From Candidatus Wallbacteria bacterium (lineage in GTDB: Bacteria > Muiribacteriota > JAQTZZ01), in contig JAQTZZ010000002.1 of the NCBI GenBank assembly GCA_028687545.1, positions 139,635 to 203,634 on the forward strand: a stretch of 64,000 nt of DNA. Reading direction: 5' to 3'. Shown here piece after piece: positions 1 through 9,332 of the stretch. The position numbers were made by a program, and so were the translations under genes. The notes under the pieces are model-generated. The model was not told where the DNA came from, ran no database searches, and worked only from the letters and a program-made list of their open reading frames with translations. Numbering within the stretch: the stretch's first letter is position 1; each line of letters opens with the position of its first letter.

Positions 1-1989
1 AAGCTGATTCTGGAGAAAGCCCTTTTTTTTTCCGAGTCCGGCGATCAGGCTGAAGCGCTCAGGCTGTATCTGAAACTGGCTGAAAAGGATCAAGCGCAGG
101 CTGGAGAATATCTGGTCAAGGCAGGTAACCTGGCGCTTGGATTGAATCGGGTGAAACTGGCGCTGTCCTGTTACGAGCGTGCCTGTGCCTGTCATGACGA
201 TCAGCTGGTCAATGAAATGCTGGCTTTACTGTATCATAAAACAGGAGATTGCCTTAAATCCAGCCGCCTGTTCCTCGATTTATACAGAAAATACGGAAAT
301 CAGCACTATTTACTGGAATTTTTACGCATCCTCACCCTGAATCAGGAAACAGCGGCCCTGTTCCAGGCTGATTTGACTGATCTGGATAAAAACACTGCTG
401 AAATCGAAGCTCTTTTTCTGCTGTTTACTCTCAACCGATTTCTGAATCGGACTGAAATCTGCTCTCGGATCGCAGACCGGATTTTGCGTGGTGGGGGCAC
501 TTTTCATGCCGGGGAATGCGCCTTGTTTCTGTTCGGGCATTTTTCTGATGCCGGGAATTATGCGGAGGCCCTTAACAGCCTGAAAAAGGGTAAAAAATTC
601 ATCAATCCGGATATTTTTAATTTTCAGGCAGGGGAAATCCTTTGCCAGGCCGGTAAAAAGAGTCAGGCTTTGAAATACTTCAGCCGCCTTGGTGCAGCAG
701 GACTGGAACGGACACTGGCTCTGCTTGAATCGTTAGATAGACATCAGGAAGTGCTGGAGCAATGCCGCAATCTGGATCTGAATCAAAGAAACTGGGGGAT
801 AGTGAAGCTTTATCTCTCGTCCTTGTGGAAAACAGGTAAATATAAGGAAGGCCGGGAATTGCTGAACACAGGTGATTTTGCTAAAAACGAGGAATATTTC
901 CGCCTGAGAGAGGGATTCGTTCTGAAGGTGAAGGAGTGTGATCTCTTTCTAGCGGATTGTTATTACGCTGCAGGGTATTATGCCGCTGCCCTTTTAAAAC
1001 TGAAAAAGGGTAAAAATCTGATGGAGCAAAGGATTTTCAATTATAAAGCCGGGGAAATCCTTGATCAGGCCGGCAAAAAAAGGCAGGCCCTGAAATACTT
1101 TCAAAGGCTGGGAAAGAGCGAACTGGAACGGACACTGGCTCTGCTTGATTCGCTGGGCAGGAATCAGGAAATACTGGAGCAATGCCGCAATCTGGATCTG
1201 AATCAGGAGAATTGGGGTGTGGCGAAACTGTACCTCTCTGCCCTCTGGAAAACCGGCAATTATCGTGAAGGCCTGCAATTACTGAATGGCGACTTTGATA
1301 AAAACAGGGAATATTACAAACTGCAGAATGGATTCATCCAGAAGGTGAAAGAATGCGATTTGCTTTTAGCTGAGTGTTATTTCGCTGCCGGAGATTATGC
1401 TGCAGCCCTCGCAAAATTAAAAAAGGCGAAAACCCTGATGGACCGGAAGATATTCAATTATAAGGCAGGAGAAATCCTGGATCAGGCCGGCAAAAAAAGG
1501 CAGGCCTTGAAATACTTCCGCTGTCTTGGGATGATCGGGCTGGAACGGACACTGATGCTGCTTGATGAACTGGGCAGGGATCAGGAAGTGCTGGAGCAGT
1601 GCCGAGCGCTGGATCTGAATCAAATGAACTGGGGAATCGCGAAATTGTATCTCTCGACTTTATGGAAAACCGGGAATTATCGGGAAGGCCTGCAATTGTT
1701 CCAAAACTGCAATTTCGAAAAAAACAAGGAGTATTACCGGCGGCTGGGGGGATTCGCCCTGGAAACCGGTGAATACGAAACAGCTCTGGAAAGTTATTCC
1801 AGGCTGGAGAGTTCAGCAAAAAACCGGAAAGAAAGCCTGGAATTTCTGGAAACCGAAGGCTACATTCTCAGAAAATTAGGCAGGAGACTGCCGGCCTTGA
1901 AAAAATACCTGCAGCTTTTGAAGTTGCCAGGCCGGAAAATTCAAGCATTGAAAGCCATTCTCTGCACGCTGATTCCTGGGAAAAACTGA
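1..1989 (+). CDS. TPR-repeat C-terminal part of a radical SAM/SPASM–TPR fusion paralog; 5' end lies outside the window
   Basis: Frame 1 is open from base 1 to TGA at 1987-1989. Translation from base 1 (KLILEKALFFSESGD...) aligns with the mid-region of the two downstream paralogs. Three tandem ~140-aa modules (AGNYA.AL..LKKGK...FNY.AGEIL.QAGKK.QALKYF.RLG...LERTLALL.SL.R.QE.LEQCRNLDLNQ.NWG..KLYLS.LWKTG.Y.EG) and the shared tail ...LKAILCTLIPGKN. Confidence 0.75.
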   Translation, partial: KLILEKALFFSESGDQAEALRLYLKLAEKDQAQAGEYLVKAGNLALGLNRVKLALSCYERACACHDDQLVNEMLALLYHKTGDCLKSSRLFLDLYRKYGNQHYLLEFLRILTLNQETAALFQADLTDLDKNTAEIEALFLLFTLNRFLNRTEICSRIADRILRGGGTFHAGECALFLFGHFSDAGNYAEALNSLKKGKKFINPDIFNFQAGEILCQAGKKSQALKYFSRLGAAGLERTLALLESLDRHQEVLEQCRNLDLNQRNWGIVKLYLSSLWKTGKYKEGRELLNTGDFAKNEEYFRLREGFVLKVKECDLFLADCYYAAGYYAAALLKLKKGKNLMEQRIFNYKAGEILDQAGKKRQALKYFQRLGKSELERTLALLDSLGRNQEILEQCRNLDLNQENWGVAKLYLSALWKTGNYREGLQLLNGDFDKNREYYKLQNGFIQKVKECDLLLAECYFAAGDYAAALAKLKKAKTLMDRKIFNYKAGEILDQAGKKRQALKYFRCLGMIGLERTLMLLDELGRDQEVLEQCRALDLNQMNWGIAKLYLSTLWKTGNYREGLQLFQNCNFEKNKEYYRRLGGFALETGEYETALESYSRLESSAKNRKESLEFLETEGYILRKLGRRLPALKKYLQLLKLPGRKIQALKAILCTLIPGKN

Positions 1990-2000
1990 ATCTCGCTGAG

Positions 2001-4640
2001 GTGTGCGTGAACTTAAGAAAAATCGATATCCTCCAGTTTGCAGTCACTGACCGCTGCAACCTGAAATGCATCATGTGCCATCATGGTACGCTTGAGTATC
2101 AGAGGCAGTTGAAAAGTGATTTCAGCCTGGACCTTTTCCGGGGAGTGCTGGACGACATGGCTGGAAACGGCTTCAGTGCAAGGGCGCTCTATTTTTTCTG
2201 GAACGGGGAAGCTTTTCTGCTGCCGGATTTTTTGCCGATGCTCCAGTCTGCTTACAGTCTGAATTCAAGAACCCGGCTGTTCGACGTGGTTTACCTGAAC
2301 ACTAATGCCGGATTGCTCGATCCTGAAAAATCAGATCAGCTGCTTTCCCTTTTGAGCACTGACAAATCTAATGCTTTCTGCGTGCTGAATTTTTCCATAG
2401 ACGCTGTGAATGAGCAGACATACAACTCCATCCGCAGGGGCGGAAATTTCAGGAAAACAGTGGAAAACATCAAGTACCTGGTGAGAAAAGGATCTGAATC
2501 AGGGTTATCCAGCCTCTATTTCATCTTCCAGATCATAGTTCAGCCTGGAAATTTCAGCGAAGTGGGAGATTTTGCAGCTTACTGGAGCGGATTCCTCTCT
2601 GAACTTCAGCTGCCGCATGAAACCGTGGCGCTTATGGATCTGTCGTATTTAGGGATCCAGGAAAAAAAGAAACATCTGATAAACATCAGGCCGCTTCTGT
2701 TGAAAGGTTCCCCTGAATTCGACCGCAAAACAGAGGGAATCTGGAACTACTGGAAAAAAGTCCTGACTGAAGGTGAAAATCCTCCACTTCCGGAACTGCC
2801 GGATGATCGGCATTACATCGTGCCGCTTCCTGAACTGAATCTGGCGGCAAGAGAAAAACTCGCTCCGCAAAGGCGGTTCTTAGGCGGAGATTATCTCCGC
2901 AAAAATCCCTGCCCTTATTTGTTTAAAAATGTGCTGATCAGGCCTGACGGGGAAGTCAGCGTCTGCTGCCGCGACCCGTTTTCCCTTGGCAACCTGAAAA
3001 ACAGCAGATTCTCTGAAATCTGGCTTTCTGCCGAGGCAGACCAGATGCGAAAATTGAGCTTGAATCTGGATTTTGCATCCCTCTCGCCAGGCTGCGTCCA
3101 TTGCAGTGAAAGCGACGAATCTTTCTGGGAGATGCTGCATCTTGCGGAAATCAGCAGTTTTTACCAGGACCATCCGCCTGAGCGGATTGTATCTTTTGTG
3201 AGAACACTTCCTGAAGAGGATCAAAAGCTGATTCTGGAGAAAGCCCTCTTTTTTTCCGAATCCGGAGATCTTCCTGAAGCATATCGCCTGTTTTCAATGC
3301 TTGATGACTCGATGATCAGCTTGTCAGCACGGGCTTATTATGAATTCAAAACCGGGAAAATGGAAGAAGCTGTAAAGGATTATCTGAAACTGCTTCAATA
3401 CCCTGAATTGAAAAACCGCGGTGAAGTCATGCTTTCGCTGGCGATTTTGAAAATCGGGGAACAGAAGAATGAAGAAGGACTCTACTGGCTGGAGCAGGCT
3501 GAAAAAATTATTCCGAAACATCCCTTGGTGATTGAACAAAAAGCATACCTTTTAATGTCTGCTGATCCGCAAAAAGCTCTGGAGTACTTCAATCAGGCAG
3601 GGTCGTTTTTTAAGAATCAGCTTTTAACCCGGGAAAAACAAGATCTCTTTAGTTCTGAGCGAGCTTCCGGATATTATGCAAATGAAAGACATCTGAATGA
3701 GATGCTGGCTTTGTTATACAATAAAACAGGAGATTATCCCAAATCCTGTTGCTGGTTTCTCAGTTTGTACAAGAAATACGGAAACGAACATTATTTGCTT
3801 GAATTTTTACGCATCCTCTCTCTGAATCCGGATACTGCGCCTTTATTCAGGGACGATTTGACTGATCTGGATAAAAATGCCGGTGAAACTGAATCGCTCT
3901 TCCTTCTGTTTACACTCAACCGCTATCTGAACAGGAATGAAATCTGTTTCAGGGTCGCAAACCGGATCCTACGCGAACAACCAGGCACGCTTCCTGCCAG
4001 AGAATGCGCTTTGTTTCTGTCTGGTTATTGTATGGACGCCGGAAACTATGCAATTGCCCTCTCTGGATTGAAAAAGGGAAAAAAACTTATGGATCAGGAG
4101 ACATTTAATTACAAAGCCGGGGAAATTTTAGAAAAGGCAGGGAAAAAGAAGCAGGCCTTAAAGTACTTCATGCGTCTTTCTGAGGACGGTTTGGAACGGA
4201 AGCTGGCTTTGCTTGATTCTCTGGGCAGATCTCAGGAAATACTGGAATTTTGCAGCAGCGTGGATTTGAATCAAAAAAGCTGGGGTGTGATGAAAGTGTT
4301 TCTCTCCTCATTGTGGAAGACAGGAAAATACCAGGAAGGCTTGAAACTGATTAACAATTTTAAATTTGATAAAAATGAAGATTACTATCGGATGCAGGGT
4401 GGATTCGCCCTGGAAGGGGGTGAATATGAAACTGCCCTGAAAAGTTACGCCCTGCTGGAAAATAATACGGAAAACGGAAAGGATCGGCTGGAATTTCTGG
4501 AAACAGAAGCCTACATTCTCAGAAAACTGGGCAGAAAGCTGGAAGCTTTGAAAAAATACCTGCGGCTGCTGAAGTTTCCTGGCAGGCGAATTCATGCATT
4601 GAAAGCCATGCTCTGCACGCTGATCCCGGGGAAAAACTGA
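2001..4640 (+). CDS. radical SAM/SPASM domain protein fused to C-terminal TPR repeats (879 aa)
   Basis: GTG start 11 nt after the upstream stop. N-terminus FAVTDRCNLKCIMCHHG carries a CX3CX2C radical SAM motif, followed by FFWNGEAFL (GGE-like) and NTNAGLL. A Cys-rich SPASM/twitch-like segment follows (NPCPYLF...VCCRDPFSLGNL...SPGCVHCSESDE), then TPR-like repeats and the paralog-conserved C-terminus. Confidence 0.8.
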   Translation: MCVNLRKIDILQFAVTDRCNLKCIMCHHGTLEYQRQLKSDFSLDLFRGVLDDMAGNGFSARALYFFWNGEAFLLPDFLPMLQSAYSLNSRTRLFDVVYLNTNAGLLDPEKSDQLLSLLSTDKSNAFCVLNFSIDAVNEQTYNSIRRGGNFRKTVENIKYLVRKGSESGLSSLYFIFQIIVQPGNFSEVGDFAAYWSGFLSELQLPHETVALMDLSYLGIQEKKKHLINIRPLLLKGSPEFDRKTEGIWNYWKKVLTEGENPPLPELPDDRHYIVPLPELNLAAREKLAPQRRFLGGDYLRKNPCPYLFKNVLIRPDGEVSVCCRDPFSLGNLKNSRFSEIWLSAEADQMRKLSLNLDFASLSPGCVHCSESDESFWEMLHLAEISSFYQDHPPERIVSFVRTLPEEDQKLILEKALFFSESGDLPEAYRLFSMLDDSMISLSARAYYEFKTGKMEEAVKDYLKLLQYPELKNRGEVMLSLAILKIGEQKNEEGLYWLEQAEKIIPKHPLVIEQKAYLLMSADPQKALEYFNQAGSFFKNQLLTREKQDLFSSERASGYYANERHLNEMLALLYNKTGDYPKSCCWFLSLYKKYGNEHYLLEFLRILSLNPDTAPLFRDDLTDLDKNAGETESLFLLFTLNRYLNRNEICFRVANRILREQPGTLPARECALFLSGYCMDAGNYAIALSGLKKGKKLMDQETFNYKAGEILEKAGKKKQALKYFMRLSEDGLERKLALLDSLGRSQEILEFCSSVDLNQKSWGVMKVFLSSLWKTGKYQEGLKLINNFKFDKNEDYYRMQGGFALEGGEYETALKSYALLENNTENGKDRLEFLETEAYILRKLGRKLEALKKYLRLLKFPGRRIHALKAMLCTLIPGKN

Positions 4641-4652
4641 ACACGCGATGAG

Positions 4653-7600
4653 GTGTGCGTGAATTTAAGAGAAATCGAGATTCTTCAGTTTGCAGTCACT
4701 GACCGCTGCAATCTCAAATGCATCATGTGCCATCAAGGCACGCTGGAGTATCAGAAACAGATAAAGCGTGATTTCAGCCTGGACCTTTTCCGGGGAGTGC
4801 TGGACGACATGGCCGGAAACGGCTTCAGTGCAAGGGCGCTTTATTTTTTCTGGAACGGGGAAACGTTTCTGCATCCGGATTTTCTATCAATGCTTCACTA
4901 TGCATACAACCTGAATGCAAAAAACAGGATCTTTGACGTGGCTTATTTGAACACCAATGCAGGGTTGCTGGATCCTGAAAAATCCGATCAGCTGATTTCC
5001 ATCCTGGACAGGAGCGGCTCGAATGTTCTCAGCATCCTGAATTTTTCGATAGACGCAGTGAATGAACAGACTTACAAAGCCATCCGCAGGGGCGGGAATT
5101 TCAGAAAAACAGTGGAAAACATCAAGTATCTGGTCAGGAAAAGATCTGATTCAGGGTTGTCCAGCCTCTATTTTATTTTCCAGATCATAGTGCAGCCCGG
5201 AAATTTCAATGAAGTGGAGGATTTTTCTGCTTACTGGAGCGGATTCCTGTCGGAACTGAAATTACCGCATGAAATTGTAGCGCTTGAGGATCTGTCGTAT
5301 CTGGAAATAAGTGAGAAAAAGAAGCATTTGATTAACATCAGGCCTCTTCTGACCAAGGGAATTCCTGACTTCGACCGCAAAGCAGCTGGAATCTGGAATT
5401 ACTGGAAAAATGTTCTGATCCGAAGAGAGCGGGAAAATCCCCAGCTTCCGGAAATACCGGATGATCGATGTTACATCGTTCCGATTCCAGAACTCAATCT
5501 GGCTGCTTTAGAAAATCAGGCACCGCAAAGGCGATTCCTAGGCGGAACATACCTGCGGAAAAATCCCTGCCCCTACCTATTTAAGACCGCGTTGATCAAA
5601 CCTGACGGAGAGGTTACTGTCTGCTGCCGAGACCCGTTCCACCTGGGGAATCTGAACCAGAACAGATTTTCTGAAATCTGGCTCTCCCCTGATTCTGATA
5701 AAAAGAGAAATCTGAGTTTGAACTTGGACTTTGCCGCACTCTCTCCTGGTTGTGTCCATTGCAGTGATTGTGATGAATCATTCTGGAAAATGCTTTATCT
5801 TCCTGAAATCAGTAATTTTTATCAAAACAATCCTCCTGAGCAAGTTGTTTCCTTTGTAAGAACTCTTCCGGAAAAAGAGCAAAAACTGATCCTGGAGAAA
5901 GCTCTCTTTTTTTCCGAATCCGGTGATATTGCCTTGGCAGATCGCCTGTTTTCAATGCTCGATGATTCGGCGATCAATTTGATCGCCCGTGCCTCTTTTG
6001 AAGTCAAAACAGGGAAAACCGGGGAAGCGGTAAGAGATTATCTGAGACTGCTTGAATATCCTGAGCTGAAAAACCGGGGAGAGATTTTCCTCTCAGTGGC
6101 GATTCTGAAAATCAGGGAACATAAAAATGGTGAAGGTCTGCACTGGTTGGACCAGGCTGAAAATTTGATTCCTGATCACCCAAAATTGATTGAACAAAAA
6201 GCCTATCTTTTAATGTCCGCTGAACCGCAAAAAGCGCTGGAATATTTTCTCAGACTGGCCGCTCTGGCTGATAAATCCGAAAAGATCAGGATTTATCTGA
6301 ACTGTGCTCTACTCTGCTTTAAAACTCAAAATTCCGAGAAAGCCCTGGAATATTTGTGTCAAGCAGAACCGTTTCTTCCGGAAAACATTAGTGCTCCCGA
6401 AGATCTGGCCATCCGGGCATATCTGCTGGAAAAATTTGGAAAAACAGATGATGCGGTCAGGGATTATCTGAAACTGCTTGATTATCCGGATTTGAAAAAC
6501 CGGGGAGAAATAATGCTTTCGCTGGGACTCCTAAAACTCGGGATCCAAAAAAATGATGAGGGGCTGTATTGGCTGAATCAGGCTGAACAATTGATTCCTG
6601 ATCACCCCAAACTGATCGAACAAAAAGCCTATCTTTTGATGTCCGCTGAACCGCAAAAAGCGCTGGAATATTTTCTCAGACTGGCCGCTCTGGCTGATAA
6701 ATCCGAAAAGGGACGGATCTATCTAGCTTCCGCGTTTCTATCACAAAAAATGCGAAACCCTGAGAAAACCCTGGAATATTTGAGACAGGCTGAGCCATTT
6801 CTTCCGGATGAGATTGTTACTGGGGAAGTGCTGACCCAGAAAGCACATTTACTGGAAAATCTGGGAAAAACTGAAGAAGCATTCCAGGCATATCTGAAAT
6901 TAATCGAAAAAAATGGCCCGGCGACAGGAGAACATCAGCTCAAAGCCGGATATCTTGCACTGGAATTGAAAGATGAAAAGCAGGCATTGACCTGCTTTGA
7001 GAGCGCTTCCAGATATTGCACCAATGAATTGAGAATTAACGAAGTTCTGGCTTCCTTATACCGTAAAGAAGGAGATTATTCCAAATCCTGCTGCCTATTT
7101 CTCGGTTTGCATAAAAAATTCGGAAGCGAGCATTATCTGCTGGAATTTTTACGGACCCTCTCCCTGCATCCGGAAGTAGTGCCTTTATTTAGTGATGATT
7201 TGACTGATCTGGATAAAAGTGCCACTGAATCTGAAGCGCTTTTTCTTCTGTTCTCACTCAACCGCTCCCTGAATCGGACTGAAACCTGCTTCAAAATCAC
7301 AGAACGGCTGTTATCTGAAAAGGCCGCCAGTCCATATGAAAAAGAGTGCGCTTTGTTTTCAGCAGAGTATTTTTCAGCAGCCGGCAATTACGCTGCTGCC
7401 CTTTTCAGGCTGAAAAAGGGGAGAAAGCAGATTGATCAGCAGACTTTTAATTATCAGACAGGTGAAATCCTTAATAAAGCAGGCAAAAAGAGACTGGCAC
7501 TTAAATATTTCAGGAAGCTTGGTGAAGCCGGATTGGAACGCACCCTGGCTCTGCTTGATTCCATGGACAGATCTCTGGAAGTGCTGGAACTTTGCCGAAA

Positions 7601-7982
7601 TCTGGAGCTGATTCAAAAGAACTGGGGTAAAGTGAAATTGTATCTCTTGTCTTTATGGAAAACAGGAAAATATCAGGAAGGCATGCAAGTGTTCAATAAT
7701 GGCAATTTTGACAAAAATGAGGAATATTACAGGCTGCAGGGTGGATTTGCGCTTAAAACAGGGGAATCTGAAACGGCCCTGGCAAGTTACGCGATGCTTG
7801 AAAATACGGCAAAAAGCGAGAAAGACAGGTTGGAGTTCCTGGAAACCGAGGGATACATTCTCAGAAAATTGGGCAGGAAGAGAGAGGCCTTGAAAAAATA
7901 TTACCGGATTTTGAAGTCGTCTGGCCGTAAAATTCATGCTCTGAAAGCCATGCTCTGCACGTTTCTTCCAGGGAAAAACTGA
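4653..7982 (+). CDS. radical SAM/SPASM domain protein fused to C-terminal TPR repeats (1109 aa); longest paralog
   Basis: Same architecture as 2001..4640 (CNLKCIMCHQG; WNGETFL; VCCRDPFHLGNL; SPGCVHCSDCDE). The 5' ~110 nt are about 90% identical to the paralog. Extra length comes from inserted TPR modules, including a near-identical internal duplication. Confidence 0.8.
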   Translation: MCVNLREIEILQFAVTDRCNLKCIMCHQGTLEYQKQIKRDFSLDLFRGVLDDMAGNGFSARALYFFWNGETFLHPDFLSMLHYAYNLNAKNRIFDVAYLNTNAGLLDPEKSDQLISILDRSGSNVLSILNFSIDAVNEQTYKAIRRGGNFRKTVENIKYLVRKRSDSGLSSLYFIFQIIVQPGNFNEVEDFSAYWSGFLSELKLPHEIVALEDLSYLEISEKKKHLINIRPLLTKGIPDFDRKAAGIWNYWKNVLIRRERENPQLPEIPDDRCYIVPIPELNLAALENQAPQRRFLGGTYLRKNPCPYLFKTALIKPDGEVTVCCRDPFHLGNLNQNRFSEIWLSPDSDKKRNLSLNLDFAALSPGCVHCSDCDESFWKMLYLPEISNFYQNNPPEQVVSFVRTLPEKEQKLILEKALFFSESGDIALADRLFSMLDDSAINLIARASFEVKTGKTGEAVRDYLRLLEYPELKNRGEIFLSVAILKIREHKNGEGLHWLDQAENLIPDHPKLIEQKAYLLMSAEPQKALEYFLRLAALADKSEKIRIYLNCALLCFKTQNSEKALEYLCQAEPFLPENISAPEDLAIRAYLLEKFGKTDDAVRDYLKLLDYPDLKNRGEIMLSLGLLKLGIQKNDEGLYWLNQAEQLIPDHPKLIEQKAYLLMSAEPQKALEYFLRLAALADKSEKGRIYLASAFLSQKMRNPEKTLEYLRQAEPFLPDEIVTGEVLTQKAHLLENLGKTEEAFQAYLKLIEKNGPATGEHQLKAGYLALELKDEKQALTCFESASRYCTNELRINEVLASLYRKEGDYSKSCCLFLGLHKKFGSEHYLLEFLRTLSLHPEVVPLFSDDLTDLDKSATESEALFLLFSLNRSLNRTETCFKITERLLSEKAASPYEKECALFSAEYFSAAGNYAAALFRLKKGRKQIDQQTFNYQTGEILNKAGKKRLALKYFRKLGEAGLERTLALLDSMDRSLEVLELCRNLELIQKNWGKVKLYLLSLWKTGKYQEGMQVFNNGNFDKNEEYYRLQGGFALKTGESETALASYAMLENTAKSEKDRLEFLETEGYILRKLGRKREALKKYYRILKSSGRKIHALKAMLCTFLPGKN

Positions 7983-7994
7983 AGTTTCTATACC

Positions 7995-8108
7995 ATGTAC
8001 GGTAAATTTTGGTGGTGTGCAGCCGGATGTTTTTCGTGGACAATGATTTGTGGCGGGTCCTGTCTCTGCGTTACCCTTTTCTTTTCTTCGGTGGGCTCAG
8101 AAAATTAA
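7995..8108 (+). CDS. speculative 37-aa Cys/Trp-rich peptide ORF (MYGKFWWCAAGCFSWTMICGGSCLCVTLFFSSVGSEN)
   Basis: ATG at 7995, TAA at 8106-8108, 12 nt downstream of the third rSAM/SPASM–TPR gene. Five Cys and three Trp. No clear Shine-Dalgarno, and the region is GT-rich, which inflates Cys/Trp/Gly codons in this frame. Confidence 0.15.
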   Translation: MYGKFWWCAAGCFSWTMICGGSCLCVTLFFSSVGSEN

Positions 8109-8171
8109 AGGGTAACTCCGGCCACCCCACAAGGTTTCAGAAGAATAAATTGGAAAATTTACCCGCACGAA

Positions 8172-9332
8172 TCACTTTCTCAATATCTCAGCTTCCAGCG
8201 CCTGATATTTCTTCATGTTTTCATAAACAGCCAGATCAAAGCCATCCCAGTCGGGCATCACAACTGACTCCAGCGCTGAAATAAGTTCAGCCGCGTCACT
8301 GATTTTCACTCCGATCCTGAGCCGCTCCAGCAGTTCAGACTCGATTGCGAAATTCCGCATGAACGGCCCGTAAATCACCCGGCAGCCGGCCTGGGCCGGT
8401 TCCAGGATATTGTGGCCTCCCAGATTGAGGAAACTTCCGCCCACAAAGGCAAATTGAGCCCTGCCGTAAAATTCAGCCAGCACTCCCATCCTGTCGATCA
8501 GCAGAAAGTCGCCATACCAGTTTTCCCCTGAGCTTAAAAGTTTGCCTGTAAAACCAAGATTCGACGCGTCTTTCAGCACCTGCCTGCAGCGTTCCACATT
8601 GCGCGGTGCCAGAGCTACCCTGAAGCCCTGCTTCCTGATTTCCCGCAAGGCAGCGAACAGGACTTTTTCATCCTCAAAATGCGTGCTGCCTGCAATCAGC
8701 AGTTTTTCCTTATGCGCCACTTTTACACAGCCTGGCAGGAGCTTGAAATTCACAGGCAGCCGGCAGATGATGCCCGCTTCGTTCAGAAATCTCTGATTAA
8801 GTTCGTCTTTGGGATAGACGTTCCCATTTTTCAGACAGATTCTGTAGAGCGAAAAAAAGCGCAAAAGCTGACGATTTGCGTTAGAGAGGCGCACATTCAG
8901 CCAGAAAAGCGGGATATAGCGTTTCTTTGCAGCCAGCATCAGATTCGGCCACAGGTCCACTTCAGAGACTACTATTTTTCTTGGTTGGACTGTATCAAGC
9001 ATTTTCCCGACTGCAAAGGAGAAGTCCAATGGCGCGAGCATCACTCTGCGCGTCAGGTTTTCCCAGTTTTTCTTCAAGTGAGCAACTAGCTCTGTGTCAG
9101 GAGACAGCACCAGGCAGGAGCTGGCTCGCTCGGCCATCCCTGCAATGTTTCTGAATTCCCCGAAAGAGACAGTAAAAAAAACAACTGGTTTATCAAGTTC
9201 AGGGTAATCCACAAAACCCAGCCAGGACTTGAAATTCGCGAAGCTGATCAATTCCTTGTTGTATAAATAAACCAGAATCAGCGGAGAACAAAGCAGCAGG
9301 AAAAAAAGATAGGCAAGATCAATCAAGGCCAT
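8172..9332 (-). CDS. waaA: 3-deoxy-D-manno-octulosonic acid (Kdo) transferase
   Basis: Translation carries Kdo-transferase motifs (GSTHFEDE, FVGGSFLNLGGHNILEPAQAG) and an N-terminal membrane anchor. Start set at the ATG giving MALIDLAYLFF (cat at 9330-9332), a 14-bp overlap with the upstream acyltransferase gene. Confidence 0.8.
   Translation of the reverse strand: MALIDLAYLFFLLLCSPLILVYLYNKELISFANFKSWLGFVDYPELDKPVVFFTVSFGEFRNIAGMAERASSCLVLSPDTELVAHLKKNWENLTRRVMLAPLDFSFAVGKMLDTVQPRKIVVSEVDLWPNLMLAAKKRYIPLFWLNVRLSNANRQLLRFFSLYRICLKNGNVYPKDELNQRFLNEAGIICRLPVNFKLLPGCVKVAHKEKLLIAGSTHFEDEKVLFAALREIRKQGFRVALAPRNVERCRQVLKDASNLGFTGKLLSSGENWYGDFLLIDRMGVLAEFYGRAQFAFVGGSFLNLGGHNILEPAQAGCRVIYGPFMRNFAIESELLERLRIGVKISDAAELISALESVVMPDWDGFDLAVYENMKKYQALEAEILRK

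Noticed and set aside
142-7982. Possible CRISPR array or other non-coding repeat, suggested by the strongly repetitive sequence
   Set aside because: The repeats are in-frame protein-coding TPR modules of variable length inside long ORFs, with no short fixed-length repeat/spacer periodicity; no cas genes are present.
8009-8284. 91-aa + strand ORF downstream of the rSAM/SPASM–TPR array
   Set aside because: Overlaps the 3' end of waaA on the opposite strand, has no ribosome-binding site and a low-complexity translation; it is in a different frame from the Cys-rich candidate peptide, which is reported separately.
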